Source of the DNA: Epiperipatus broadwayi
Taxonomy: Eukaryota; Animalia; Onychophora
DNA length: 64,000 nt
Assembly: GCA_028023455.1 (NCBI GenBank)
Contig: JAQFVV010000005.1
Coordinates: 9,982,001-10,046,000, forward strand
Direction: 5' to 3'
A program made the translations under genes and the position numbers. A model generated the notes under the pieces. The model saw only the letters and a list, made by a program, of their open reading frames with translations. It did no database searches and had not been told where the DNA came from. Below are positions 12,729 to 24,648 of the stretch, one piece after another (positions within the stretch are counted from its first letter, which is position 1; the number at the start of each line of letters is the position of its first letter).

Positions 12729-13046
12729 AAACAGGCAAAACTCTCCATACAATATTGCCACTCAGTACAAGCCAGAGTAATCAGTGGATACCAGAAGGCA
12801 TGTGCATAAAATCCCTATCTAATGCCTACTCATCCAATATCCCCAGACTAGTTTCTGGCTTGTGGCCTTCGTCAGTGAGGAGCCTTGGATCTGAGAGCAC
12901 TGCACCTAGATCTTAGGATCTAATGCAACTCTCCAGAAGCCACCTCTGGCTTGCATTGTGTGGTACTACTGTATGGAGAGTTTTGCCTGTTTTAAGAGCA
13001 GTTATGAGCAAGCATAAGAAATGGTGATCATGTGATGTTTAGTGGT
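12729..13046 (-). mobile_element. Family A HHR-bearing element, copy 2 (best preserved)
   Basis: About 50-bp inverted repeat (AAAACAGGCAAAACTCTCCATAC...CAAGCCAGAG versus its reverse complement), with the right arm extending about 50 nt further. TSD CAATTAATT(T/C)TTA at 12716-12728 and 13047-13059. Confidence 0.9.
12832..12890 (-). ncRNA. Type I hammerhead ribozyme, predicted cleavage after GUC between 12846 and 12845
   Basis: Minus strand ATCCAA GGC TCCTCA CTGACGA A GGC CACAA GCC A GAAA CTAG TC TGGGGA TA TTGGAT. CUGACGA and GAAA cores; helix I of 6+6 bp with an internal loop; helix II GGC/GCC; palindromic helix III ACTAGT; GUC triplet. Confidence 0.85.
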
Positions 13047-13106
13047 CAATTAATTCTTATTGGCTAATTAAGATAAAATTGATTTAAAAAATAAAATGGT
13101 AGTCAA

Positions 13107-13205
13107 GCATTCGTGGTCGAGAGGTCAACGCGACTGCCTTATAAGCAGTTGCCCGGGTTGGGGTTCGCTTCCCGGCCGATGCTATGACACATGAAAAATA
13201 AAATA
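13107..13205 (+). mobile_element. tRNA-Gly-derived SINE with short tail
   Basis: A-box-like GTGGTCGAGAGG, B-box-like GGTTCGCTTCCC, anticodon loop CTTATAA, tail TATGACACATGAAAAATA. 19-bp TSD AAAATAAAATGGTA(G/C)TCAA at 13088-13106 and 13206-13224. Confidence 0.85.
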
Positions 13206-14745
13206 AAAATAAAATGGTACTCAATATTAAAAAATATATATTTTACTCTCAAAATATCCATTTTAAATTAAAAAATATATCATATTTTATTAAATATAGT
13301 TTTATAATATGTTCCCAGTTTTATTATATTTTAATTTTAAATATTGTAGTAATATTATTTTATTAACTTCCAAGCATAATAAAATTAATTTTGAACAAGG
13401 AAGTAAAATAATTTATTCTGTAAGTCATTTAAGCACATATATTTGCACACACATTTAAAGTAACACTATCTTCAGTTAAAATGATATAAGAAAATATAAT
13501 TTACCTTAATAATTTATTATTAACTATGTAATTAACAATACAGAGTTAACATCAGTTGGACTTATAATATGATAGACTAACTTACTTTAGCATTAAGATT
13601 AATTATTATTTGAACCACAAAATTATTGTTAAAATATAAAATTAATTTATATTATCTGAACTTTTTATTATAACTTATAATAGGTGGTTTAAATACTTTA
13701 ATTTTATCTCAATATAAAATTAAAACATAATTTTACAATAAGAATTGCACATAATATCTTATTTATATACTATTAGAGAGACTTCTAACTTAAAAAAATA
13801 TAAGTTAATTGCATTACACAAGAAAATAAATAAAATAAATAATTTTTTTTTACAAACTAAATATAAAGTAATTTTCCTCAGAAACAAGTGTAATCATTAG
13901 GTTACAATATATATATATTGTTGTTGTAAATAAGTCTATTATTATTATTTAAGCATCATTTCACCAATTTCTCATCTAACCAACAAGTATTTTATGTATC
14001 TCTAAGAGTGGAATATATTTTAATCAGTCGGCTCTGATAAGGTAAATTTAAACACCTAACTATTAAAATAATAAGATATATGTAGAATGGATCATGATCA
14101 GAAAATATGACTGGGTTTCTGTTAAGATTTATCTTTCATGTAAGGTTCAGTCTAGTCATTATTCATGGCCATAATCAAATAAAATTAAATTTTAAGTTAT
14201 GGCCAATCTATCTCATACACAGTTGCTCGTTTGTCAATAATAAGTAAATAATCATCCCCTGGTATAAAACAGTAACAAATACCTAATGGGCACAATTACA
14301 TTATAATATATACCATCACATAGTAAGCATTATAAAATAATATTTATTTACATTTTTAGAAGAGTATAGTTGTTTTACTTAGCAGAAATTTTATTATTAG
14401 TCTATGAAAGATATTGTAACATTACTAATATATAGTCAACCCAGCAAATTTATAAATCTAAAAATCCTAGAAAACAATGATTATGGTTTAATGATATTCT
14501 ACTTTTAATATAATTTCTTTTTTATCATGCTCTATTAAAGCTTGTCCAACAGATCATCTCTTAGATATCTTTGTTTTAGATTTATTATTTTTTATATTAA
14601 TTCTCTTTTATATTGTAATTTTTCTGACTTATTTACATACACTTTTATATTGGCAGGAAAGTGTGTGCCAATTTTCTAGCATTTGTGTAAAGAGTAGTTC
14701 ATATTACAATTTTACATATATATAAATCACTATAATATTAATATT

Positions 14746-14939
14746 ATATAATACTAAATCATTCATGCACTTTATTACTGTTACACAATGCTTTATTTAC
14801 CACCCTCTTTTACAGTTTACAGTTTTGATTGCCCCAGACATTCTGAAGAAGATTGCTGGGGCAATCGAAACTGTAAACTGTAAAAGAAGGTGGTAAATAA
14901 AGCACAGTAGTAAAGTGCATGGCTGATTTAGTATTATAT
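14746..14939 (+). mobile_element. Fold-back (inverted pLTR-like) PLE fragment carrying a minimal hammerhead
   Basis: Arms 14746-14837 and 14856-14939 are near reverse complements around an 18-nt spacer; the HHR spans the spacer and the start of the right arm. Confidence 0.8.
14838..14881 (+). ncRNA. Minimal type I hammerhead ribozyme (PLE type), predicted cleavage after GUA at 14875
   Basis: ACATT CTGAAGA A GATTGC TGGG GCAATC GAAA CTG TA AACTGT. Intact core, perfect 6-bp helix II with tetraloop, minimal helix III, helix I ACA-TT/AACTGT with one bulge. Confidence 0.85.
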
Positions 14940-15377
14940 GATATACATTTGGCAATGCAATAAGAAACATTAATTAATATTAATTTCATAGTATTCATTA
15001 AGTAACATATATTTAATTTATAAGTTAGTATTTCAATTAAAATACAAAAAATTACAATTTCATTAAAACTACACAACTTTAGCATTAAAACAAGAATGAA
15101 CAATTTTCTATAATTTATGAATTTTTACACAATTATATTGCTTATTCAACAAATTATTCATTATATTTATAGTAACATATCTCTTTGATTTTTCTTTTCT
15201 CTTATCATTTTTCATATGTAAAATATAAAACGTTGTCAAAATTAAATCTTCCATTGAAAATAACTAAATGCTTTGCGAACACTGATTTAAATATATTCTT
15301 AAAATCCATAGAATAAATTTAATCTTTTCTACAATATTTCATATTCACGAGTTCTTTTTTAATGTATTTTTTAACAT

Positions 15378-16570
15378 ATCATCATCATCAACCATTATTA
15401 ATCCACTGCAGGATGAAGGTCTTTCCAAGTTCAATCCATCTTCTCCAGTCTTTAGCTTCTCTTCTTCACATCACCCCTGCAGACTTTCTTATTTCAGCCA
15501 TCCATCTCATATGTGGTCTCTTTCTGGGTCTTTACAATTTTTTGGAATCCAGTTTAAGATTTCAATTGTCCATCAGTTATCATCTCTTCTAGCAATATGT
15601 CCAGCCCAACTCCACTTCAGTCTTTTAATTTTTTCAATGAGGTCAGTAACACCTATTTGTTCTCATACCCATATATTGCATTTTCAATCTCATCTTGTTA
15701 TTCCCAACATCCATCTCTCCATACTTCTTTGAGTGGTCTGAAGTCTCTGTATTGCTCTTCTATTAAGTTTCCAAGTCTCATATCCATAAGTAAGAACTGG
15801 TAAAACACATTTACTAAAAACATTTCTTTTCAAACACATAGGCATATTTCCTTTTAGTATCAAGTTTTTTCTACTAAAAGCACTCCAAAACAAGTTTAAT
15901 TCTATGATTAATTTCATCCATTATGTTTCCATCTGTATTAATAATCTGATCAAGGTATTTGTAGCTGTTAACTTCTTCTAACTCCTCATAATCAATCTTT
16001 ATTTTCATATTTTGAGAAAATCCATTAAACATTACTTTAGTTTTTTTTTACCATTTATCTTTAGTCCTACTTTCATCTGATAATTCCTGCAACATTTTCT
16101 GCAGCTCTAAAGTATTATTTGTGAAAATAACTACATCATTTGCAAAATCTAAATGACTTAAATAATCTCCATTTACTTTCGCTCCTTTAGCTTCCCATTT
16201 TAATCCACAAAATACTTCTTGCAGCACTGCTGTAAAAAGTTTTGAAGATATGGAGTCATCCTGTCTTAAACCCTTCTCAATGTTGACTTTCCCAGTATCA
16301 TTATGCAATCTAATTGTTGCCGTTGCACTTTTATAAATATTCTTTAAAATATGACAATATCCTGGATCAATACCTTGATGATCCAATGCTTTAATCATTG
16401 AAGAAAAGTTTATAGAATCAAATGCCTTCTCATAATCTACAAATCCAAAGCATAATGGCAACTCGTATTCATTTTTCCTTTCTATAACTTATCACAATAC
16501 CTGGATATTATTTACTGTACTAAAACCAATTTTAAATCCAGCCTGCTCTCGTAGTTGGTGGAAATCCACT
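15378..16570 (-). mobile_element. 5'-truncated RTE-clade (BovB-like) LINE: RT remnant, 3' end and (GAT)n tail
   Basis: ORFs 16048-16461 (FVDYEKAFDS, GLRQDDSISSKLF, HLDFANDVV) and 15690-15917 (CVLPVLTYGYETW, TQRSMERWMLG). Downstream WAGH-like region; short ATC repeats on the plus strand at ~15378-15390. Confidence 0.92.
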
Positions 16571-17560
16571 TCATGGATAACATATTTATTGATTTTATTA
16601 TTTGCATTCTTCCACATTAAATGCAATATAGAAATGTGAAAGATGGAAATAAAAATCTTTTTTTTTCTTTTCAGTGGGTTTTTTTTTCTCTAAATGTAAT
16701 TCCTTAGTATTTATTTTAATGTTGAATAAATTATTATTTTAAAATTTACATAACATTCTATTCCTAAATAAAAAATTTCTAAATTTGACCACTTTTTTAT
16801 TTTAATTTTAAATATGGAATATTATATAAAGAAAAAAAGACTCAAAAAGACATATTTTTAAAATATAATAGATGAAGAATAAGCAATATAATTGTGTAAA
16901 TATACACAAATTATGGAAAATTGGTCATTCCCATTAGAAAGTTAATTTTTGACTTTAATAAGACTTTAATTTTTTGAATTTTAATTGTAAATCCTAATAG
17001 GAATAAAAGTCATACTATATCTCGGGTTTAACTGCTATTTATTTATTTATATTCTAGTATAATTCCAGTCTTTTACTTAATATTTAATATCATATATAAG
17101 AATTTACAGTACTAAATATTTTATATAATGTTATGAGATTAATTCATTGAAATTGGCTATATATAATTGAAATGTCCTCTAACTATAGCTTGTGACAATA
17201 TATTGTAAAGGAAAAAGAGAATATCTTTTTTTCTCCTTATTTTATATAGAGGACTGTCTTCAACACTTTTTCTAAAAGGAATGCATTTTTTTAATCAATC
17301 AGAAATTATTTCTAAATATTTTTCAATGTAATTGACATACATATTTGGCAAGTGTGAAATTTCTTTCAATTTTAATATCATCAATAACAATTTAAATATT
17401 AATATTATATAATATATGTACTTACAATGTCAAATATTTTATGCAAACATTTTATGCATTGCTATATGTTGTAGCTAGAGGTGGCTTTAATTATATACAG
17501 ACAGTTGCCATGAGTTAATCTCAAAATATTACATAAAATATTTAATGCTGTAAATTCTTA

Positions 17561-17657
17561 TATATTATGTAGTTAGTATTAGTTGTATTTATATTGTGGA
17601 CTATTTCCTTATATTATGTAGTTAGTATTAGTTGTATTTATATTATGGACTATTTCC
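17561..17657. repeat. 49-bp tandem duplication
   Basis: TATATTATGTAGTTAGTATTAGTTGTATTTATATT(G/A)TGGACTATTTCC twice, starting at 17561 and 17610. Confidence 0.9.
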
Positions 17658-17658
17658 A

Positions 17659-17741
17659 TTTTTCTAAAGACATTCAATACTCATATTAGATGATGGACCA
17701 TTTCCATCATTTAAAATGAGTATTGAATGTCTTTAGAAAAA
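17659..17741. repeat. 83-bp hairpin with perfect 26-bp outer arms
   Basis: TTTTTCTAAAGACATTCAATACTCAT ... ATGAGTATTGAATGTCTTTAGAAAAA, with an inner GATGATGGA/TCCATCATT stem. Confidence 0.9.
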
Positions 17742-17806
17742 ATTAACTTTATTTAAATATTCCAAATACAATCAACTGTTAGTAATAGCATACAGGTTAG
17801 TATATG

Positions 17807-17849
17807 CACAACATTTTGAGAGGTATTATTCTCCTTTCTTCTTCAGGTG
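17807..17849 (-). ncRNA. Decayed minimal hammerhead in the PLE 3' region
   Basis: CAC CTGAAGA A GAAAGG AGAATAATA CCTCTC AAAA TG TT GTG. Reverting two CpG-type transitions gives CTC GAAA CG TT GTG (palindromic ACGT helix III, GUU site); helix I CAC/GTG. Confidence 0.6.
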
Positions 17850-18350
17850 TTTCTGGCCTGACCAGTGACAGTACTAGCATGGAAATTGAATCTGGATCCT
17901 TAGATTCTTTGAGTATTGAATTTTAAGGTAATGCTTTAATCAACTGAGCCACCTTGCAAAGGCAACAGTCAGTAGAAATTTCATATTTTTATCTATGAAG
18001 GTTCTTCCTGATTTCTCCACTTCTTCCTAAAAGCAAAGTTGATTAGTGGTTTCCATGCATTATGTATAGTCACACTACAGTGACTTATGGGATTGTTTGC
18101 CATTGTCATGTGAGAAGCCTCTTTAAATTTTCTTTTTTGTACCTTTTCTTCCCTATTCAATATTTTAGTATTTTTCAATTGAACATATGTCCATTGGTAC
18201 ATACATAGTCTGCTACCTTAGACACATCTTATTTCTCTCTTCTAATCATCAATTTGTGTTTTTAAGTGCTTACTCATATTAAATTATGGAAATAGTTCAG
18301 ATATAAATCCAACTAAAACACTATTATCACAAACCTTCAGGATAACATTA
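17807..18350 (-). mobile_element. Penelope-like element 3' fragment: GIY-YIG endonuclease C-terminus, tRNA-like segment and decayed hammerhead
   Basis: Minus-strand translation with frameshift: VADYVCTNGHMFN/KNTKILNREEKVQKRKFKEASHMTMANNPISHCSVTIHNAWKPLI, matching the Penelope GIY-YIG end (H...GH.F....IL...KRKFKEA.HM...NPIS.PS..I...W.PLI). HHR remnant about 150 nt after the stop. Confidence 0.85.
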
Positions 18351-18736
18351 TGTAGTATTAGTATTTAAACTATCATTTGTAAGATTAATTTCTTGGGGCT
18401 GCAGTAACTTCAAAATCATTCATTTTGTGACAATATTTTGGTACTGTTATTAATTCAGCTTTTTTTCACTTTTGTGGTTATTTATAATGTTAAATTATCA
18501 GCACACAGTTTTTTGCATAGAAATCATAACTAAATCATTAGTTTAAAAAAATCTGAAGATGTCAGTATAATACAGACATCATGCAAATGTCATAAAAATA
18601 TCACTGTAAATTTTAATCTCAAAGCAAGCCAACAATGCTTGATTATTTGCATCATTATATAATGAAACCAGCAAAGTCACTGATCAGTAGATTATTTGAC
18701 CCCATGCTTTTTAAAGCATCTTTACTGTTTTAGTAT

Positions 18737-18832
18737 TTTTTTCATGTGTCATAGCATCGACTGGGAAATGAACCCACTAACCCAGGACAACTGCTTGTAA
18801 GGCAGCTGTGCTGACCTCTTGACCACCAATGC
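18737..18832 (-). mobile_element. tRNA-Gly-derived SINE, third copy (TAC at the anticodon position)
   Basis: Minus strand GCATTGGTGGTCAAGAGGTCAGCACAGCTGC CTTACAA GCAGTTGTCCTGGGTTAGTGGGTTCATTTCCCAGTCGATGC TATGACACATGAAAAAAA. Shares the T-arm insertion and tail with the 13107 copy. Confidence 0.8.
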
Positions 18833-20879
18833 TTAACTTATTTACATATCTAAGCTTATTTATACAGCATACTTGTAAGATACTTATTTTGAACCAAAAA
18901 CTATGTGATTACAATTAGATTTTATATGAAACTATTTGCTTTTAAGACAAGCTATAAAAAGATAGTTATAATAAAGCAAAAGCTGTTTTTATTGAATAAC
19001 AAGAATTGCTGTTGAAAAAAAATTGTGCAATTTTAATATTAGTTTATTTTTGATTTTTAAAACATAATTCTACTTTTTATAATAACTCGGCTAAAATTTT
19101 AATAATTTTTAAATATAGACAAAATTACCAATCAAATACAGAAAGAGCAAATATGACAAAAATTATCACTAGGGTTTTTCAAGTAAGAGTGGAAGGAGTT
19201 GGACTTTAAACAAGTCAAAACTGAAAAAAAAATTCATACTTTCGGAGTACATATGTCAATCATATTAAAAAATATTTAGACAAATTTCTGATTGATTGAA
19301 AATTTACTTTTTTCTAGCAAAAAAATTGCAAACAATCCTCTAGACAAAAAAAGATGGAAAAAGTAACGAGATATATTATTTTGCCTTTAAAACGAATTTC
19401 TATATCCTCTAGCTAAAAAGCATTTCATTTATATATAGATGATAGTGAGTTAATCTCAACCATATATATATTTAAAGTAATGCAAAAAATGTAGATATGG
19501 CCATAATAATGCCACTATATTAACCATCTAGAATGTTATATATTAAAACATTAGCTTTCATTAAGTATTTAATGATTGATATTTATATAGAAAAATTATA
19601 ATTTACTGGTCAGTTCATCAAATTATAAATCCTTACAAGGCCTTGGTCATTACTAGTATGTTAATTTATTTCCACTAGATCATGGAAATCTAGAGACTCC
19701 TTAGAATATCCAATTGGTCAACAGCAGATAATAGTGCAAACAACAATAATCACTAATAAAAGAAACTTATTAAATAAACAAAATGAGATTATATTAAAAC
19801 ACACATGACAATGATTTTCAGTTATTGTATTCTATAGTTAATCAGGATAATTTAATTGTTATTTAATCTGTTTTAGGTCTATTATATTATTATGTAATAT
19901 TTCTAATATTTTTCTGAGTATTATATTGGATAAGTTCAATAGTAAATTGGTAATCTCAGTTAATAAATGGATATATATTGATTATGCTTGTTAAAGCTAA
20001 GTTCAATATGTGTGCACATATATATTACTTTTGAATCTTATTTAGAAGGCAACAATATCAGAGACTCCAATCATCTTTTCATAGTTATATATCTGAACAT
20101 TGTATGTTGAAGTGCTCTAAACATTATGCAATCAGTATTACATCAGATAATCATCATCATAAGAATTAATAATATAATTGCATACTTACTCTGTAAATGT
20201 TTAAAATACCTCTAAAACTATAATTGCACAATTAATTAATTTTAATATAATCTATATTTCAAGCACTTGAACATCTTGTGGAATCTAATAATTTTTGTCT
20301 ATTTGTGTGGTATTACCAACAACTGCTTATATTTTAAAACTTTAAATAAAGTTTAAAAATTAAAATTGTTTTCAGAAATTTTGTATAGATGAAGGTTTAA
20401 CTATAGATTATAGAGGCCACTACATGTTATGCATAACTTCATTGTGAAAAGAAAATTAAAGAGCAGAGAGATAGACTTAATCGAATTTGGAAAGATCTGG
20501 GAAAATATTGGTAATGTTTGGAAAGTGATTTGATATGCCATTTTAAATATAAAAGGAACAAATATTTTGTGTGTGTGTGTGTTTACTGCAAGGAGGCTTT
20601 AAACCTAAGTCATACATAAGATTAGTTGGATTTTTAATAGGTTTGCTATTAAAGAATTTTTCAATTTAAGAAAGGGAGTGATTTATTTGAACAGAGGATA
20701 ACGTTTGAGATGCAAGGTTAGTGGAGCACGTATTTTGATAGCCATTTTTTTAAAAAAATATTTTTTTACCTTTTGTGTAAAGAAGTTTGAAGAGTAGTAG
20801 AAAAATCATAAATTTAAATTTAGAGTAGGGATATTGAAAAATAAGGAAGTATGGATTATATGTGTATATCATAATGTAT

Positions 20880-21800
20880 ATATAATGGTCTGAAGGAAAT
20901 TAGGCAGGTTTTGGTAGAGTGTACCATATGTGATAAGGCTTTTCATTTGAAATGCTTAAATAAGACTATGAATGATGTAACAGGTATATGGTTATGTAGG
21001 TCATTTGTAAAATGTAATAAAAGATGTGAAAAAATGGTTTCTAAGTGTAAAAAGTTTAAAGAAAAAGTCAGGAGAAATGGAGGAAAATGTTGTTATGGAA
21101 GATTATATTCAGTTGAATGACAAAAAATAAATGGATGGCAAAATAAGTAGTGCAGTGGAGATAGTTAGCCAAAAAATAAGTGAGACAGAGAAAGAGGTAA
21201 AGGATGCAGAAGTAAAATTAAAATTATTAGAGATGAAGTGTGAGTAGATCAAGAAATTAATGAATAGAAATAATAAAAATATAGTAGATAAGGAAGTTCA
21301 GAAGGTGGAAGAGAATGTTATGGATGAAGTAGGGAAAGTAAACTATGAGACAGTCTTGCTAAGAGATTCACTAATTAGAGGATGTGGAGATATAATTGCA
21401 AGGTAAAATAGAAATAGGTATATAAGAGCATGTTTGTCTGGAGCTAGAATTAGGGAGGTTACATATAAGGTAAAAAACAAGGGAAAATAGATGTTTATAT
21501 TACGAAAGGGACAAATAATTTGTCAAAGCCATTAAAAAGAGTAATGGATGAGTACAAAAAATTGATTAGTAATTTGAATAAGATTAAAGGAAGAGAAGGA
21601 ATAGTTGGATTGCTACTAAGATTTGATAATAGGTATATATTCAATAGGACATGTTCTATAAATGAGAGATTGAAAAAATTATGCAAGAAAAATAATATTA
21701 TGTTTGTGGATGTGTGGGACTTTTTTATTAGTAAGAGGGAGTTATACAGTAAAGATGGATTGCACTTAGCAAAACAAGGAAGGAAAGCATGAGGGATTTT
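20880..21800 (+). pseudogene. LINE ORF1 remnant: PHD finger, coiled coil, SGNH/GDSL esterase
   Basis: VECTICDKAFHLKCLN...GIWLC (PHD); DSLIRG, GTNNL and FVDVWDFF...LYSKDGLHL (SGNH blocks); broken by stops and frameshifts. Confidence 0.85.
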
Positions 21801-24648
21801 GATTTATAAAAAATATTATAATTCAGAAAACTTATAGAGAGGGGGTATGGTTTTAAATTAAGTATTATCAAAAAGAAGATTAGAATGACACAATGTAAGA
21901 GGTAAACAAAGGGTAGCTGATTTAGATAAAAATGTAGATGTGAAGAGGGAATGGGTACATAAAACTAATGATAAACAAGTTAATTACAAATGTAATAAAT
22001 AAGAAAGAGTCAAAACAATTTATAAAAGGGTAGTAAGAGTAGAAGAAATTGTTAAAATTGGATATTTGAATATGAAAGATGGTAGGAGATGAGAAAAGTG
22101 GTGAGAATTAAACAACACAGTTAAAAATGAAAAGCTTGAGGGGTTAGTAATAGTGAAAACACATCTAAGAGAAGAAAAACCTGCATTGGAAGACTTGGTA
22201 TGGCAATGTGTAAATAAAAAAGAAAAAGAAAAAAGGTGTGGGTGGTGGTATAATAATTATGTCAAAAAATATTTAAATGTTGTTAAGTGTCTAGAATATT
22301 TGTGGTTTGAGATAAGGTTAGAAAGACAAGAATGAATGGTGGCTATAGCATGAGATAGTCAAACTATAATGGAGTGAAACAGAAGCATAGATGAATGCCT
22401 AGTTAAGGATTATAAAAAAGGAGAATAAAATAATTGTTATAGGGGATATAAATGGGCATATTGAAGAAATTGATGATATGGACAACAAGAATGGACAGTT
22501 TATGAATTTTTTTTATCAGAGATTGAATTTGAGCATTGGAAATTTATCAAATATTTATGAGGGACAATATATATGATCTAGAAATAATATGTTTTACACA
22601 ATAGATTATGTATTAGTAGAGAATGAATAAAATAAAAAAAAAATTAAAGTATTTGATAATGAAGAGAGAGTATGTAATAGTGATAACAATTTTTTTATAA
22701 TAGAAATGGTTAGTAATGCAATGGAAAATAGTAATAAAAGTAGAAATAATAGTGAAAGATGTAAATGGAGAATGAATGATAAAAATAAGTTAGAAAAATA
22801 AAAAATCAAAGTAGAAGACATCATTGAAGAGTTTGTTGGGGATAAATATAAGGATTGGTGTGGTGAAGTAAAAAAAATGGCAAATAGGGTTTTAAGTGAG
22901 AGTATTCAAAAGAACAAAATTAATAGAAAAGGGAGAATTAGTAAAAGTGTAAAAGAGAAGAAAAAAAATGCAGAAAATATAAATGTGCTATTAAAAACAA
23001 AGAAAGTGGAAAAGATGCTAATATTAAATGGGAAAATATTTTTTAAAAAAACTTGGTTAAAATAGATAATTATATGTAGAGAAGGAAATGAAATAGTAAA
23101 TTGTAGGAGGATATTAATAAAAATGGAAGAGATTGGAGTAAAAAAAATTTGGAAATATATTAAAAGAAGAAATATAAGGATAGAAAAATAGTATTACTAA
23201 ATGTTGAGAAAAAGAGTGTAGCTCTAGAGAAGAATTAGAGACACTCTTAAGTAAGATGTTAAATGTGAAAGACAGAGTGATAATAAACATAAAAGCATAT
23301 AATAATGGAAATATTAGGTTTATAGAAAATCAATTGAATGAGGTAGGGAAGAAATTGAAAAGTGGAAAGGCAAGAGGTTTAGATGACTGGACAGCAGAGA
23401 TCATAATGAATTTAGGAAATAGGACAAAATTAAATCTATTATCAAGTTTTAGTAAGATGATGCAAAAGAGAGAATTTTAAGATAGCTGGAATAATATAAG
23501 AGTAAGGCTATTACATAAGAAAAGGGTAAGGATCTTAGAAAGTTAAACAATTATAAACCAATAGTGGTAATGTCAGTGTTATCTAAAGTTTTTGCATATA
23601 TAGTGGTTGAAAGGGTGGCAAAATGGATGGAAGAAAATGATACAATGGGAGAAATGCAAGAAGGTTTTCAATCAGATAGGCCTATAGGAGATAGTTTATT
23701 TGTAGTTACACAACTTATAGATACGAGTTGAAATATGGGTAAGCAGTTATATATGGTTTTTATAGATATAGAGAAGGTATATGATAAAGTAAATAGAAAT
23801 AGATTATGGGTAAATTTAGTAAAATTGGGAATGAATAGAGCTTTAGTGGGTTGTATAAAAATAATTGTGATATGAATCAATTAGGAAATATAGAATCAGT
23901 TATAGTTAAAATTGGGATGGGACTAAGGCAAGGATGCCATATGTCATCTATTTCATTTTTGTTATATTTGAGAGAAATTAAGAGAACAATAGAAAGAATA
24001 GGAAGAGGGGTAAAGATATCATTAATAGATAGCAAAGGAGTGTATACATTATCAGGTTTTTTTTATTTGCAGATGATGTCTTATTATTCATGGGAAGTAG
24101 TGAAAATATTGAAGTTATGTTGAAGATGTTCACAAGGGTGAGTAAAGAGATGGGGATTAAATTTAGTGAAAAAAGTCAAAAGTAATGATGATAAATGCTG
24201 GGGAAGGAGAGAAAAATTTTTTATTAGGGGATATAAAGTTAAATGTGGTGAATAAGTATAACTATTTGGGAATCATCTTGAATAATCAGAGAAATTACTT
24301 GGATGAATGTGAGAAAAAATTGATAAATGAAGCAAAGTAAAAAAAGGGAATGATAAAGAAATTAACAGTATTTTTATATAAGAAATATGATATAGAAAGA
24401 ATTGTATGGAAGAGAGTGGCAGTAGCAGGACTAACTTATGGTAACAATGTGTTATGTCCTAATAAAGGAATGTTTGATTACATAGAAAAAGTACAAAGAG
24501 AGAAGAACCTGCATTAGATGCAGATATGCAAAGGAGGCAATTCAAGGAGAAATGGGATGGTCAAGTTTTTATATGAGAGATGTTAAAAGCTGTTATGTAT
24601 GTGTATAATTAAAATACACATACACACAAAATAATAATAGTAAATATT

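Noticed and set aside
17847-17928. Apparent plus-strand exon (strong acceptor, GVSGLTSDSTSMEIESGSLDSLSIEF*)
   Set aside because: It is the antisense of the PLE 3' region; the polypyrimidine tract is the complement of the hammerhead's purine-rich core and helix II.
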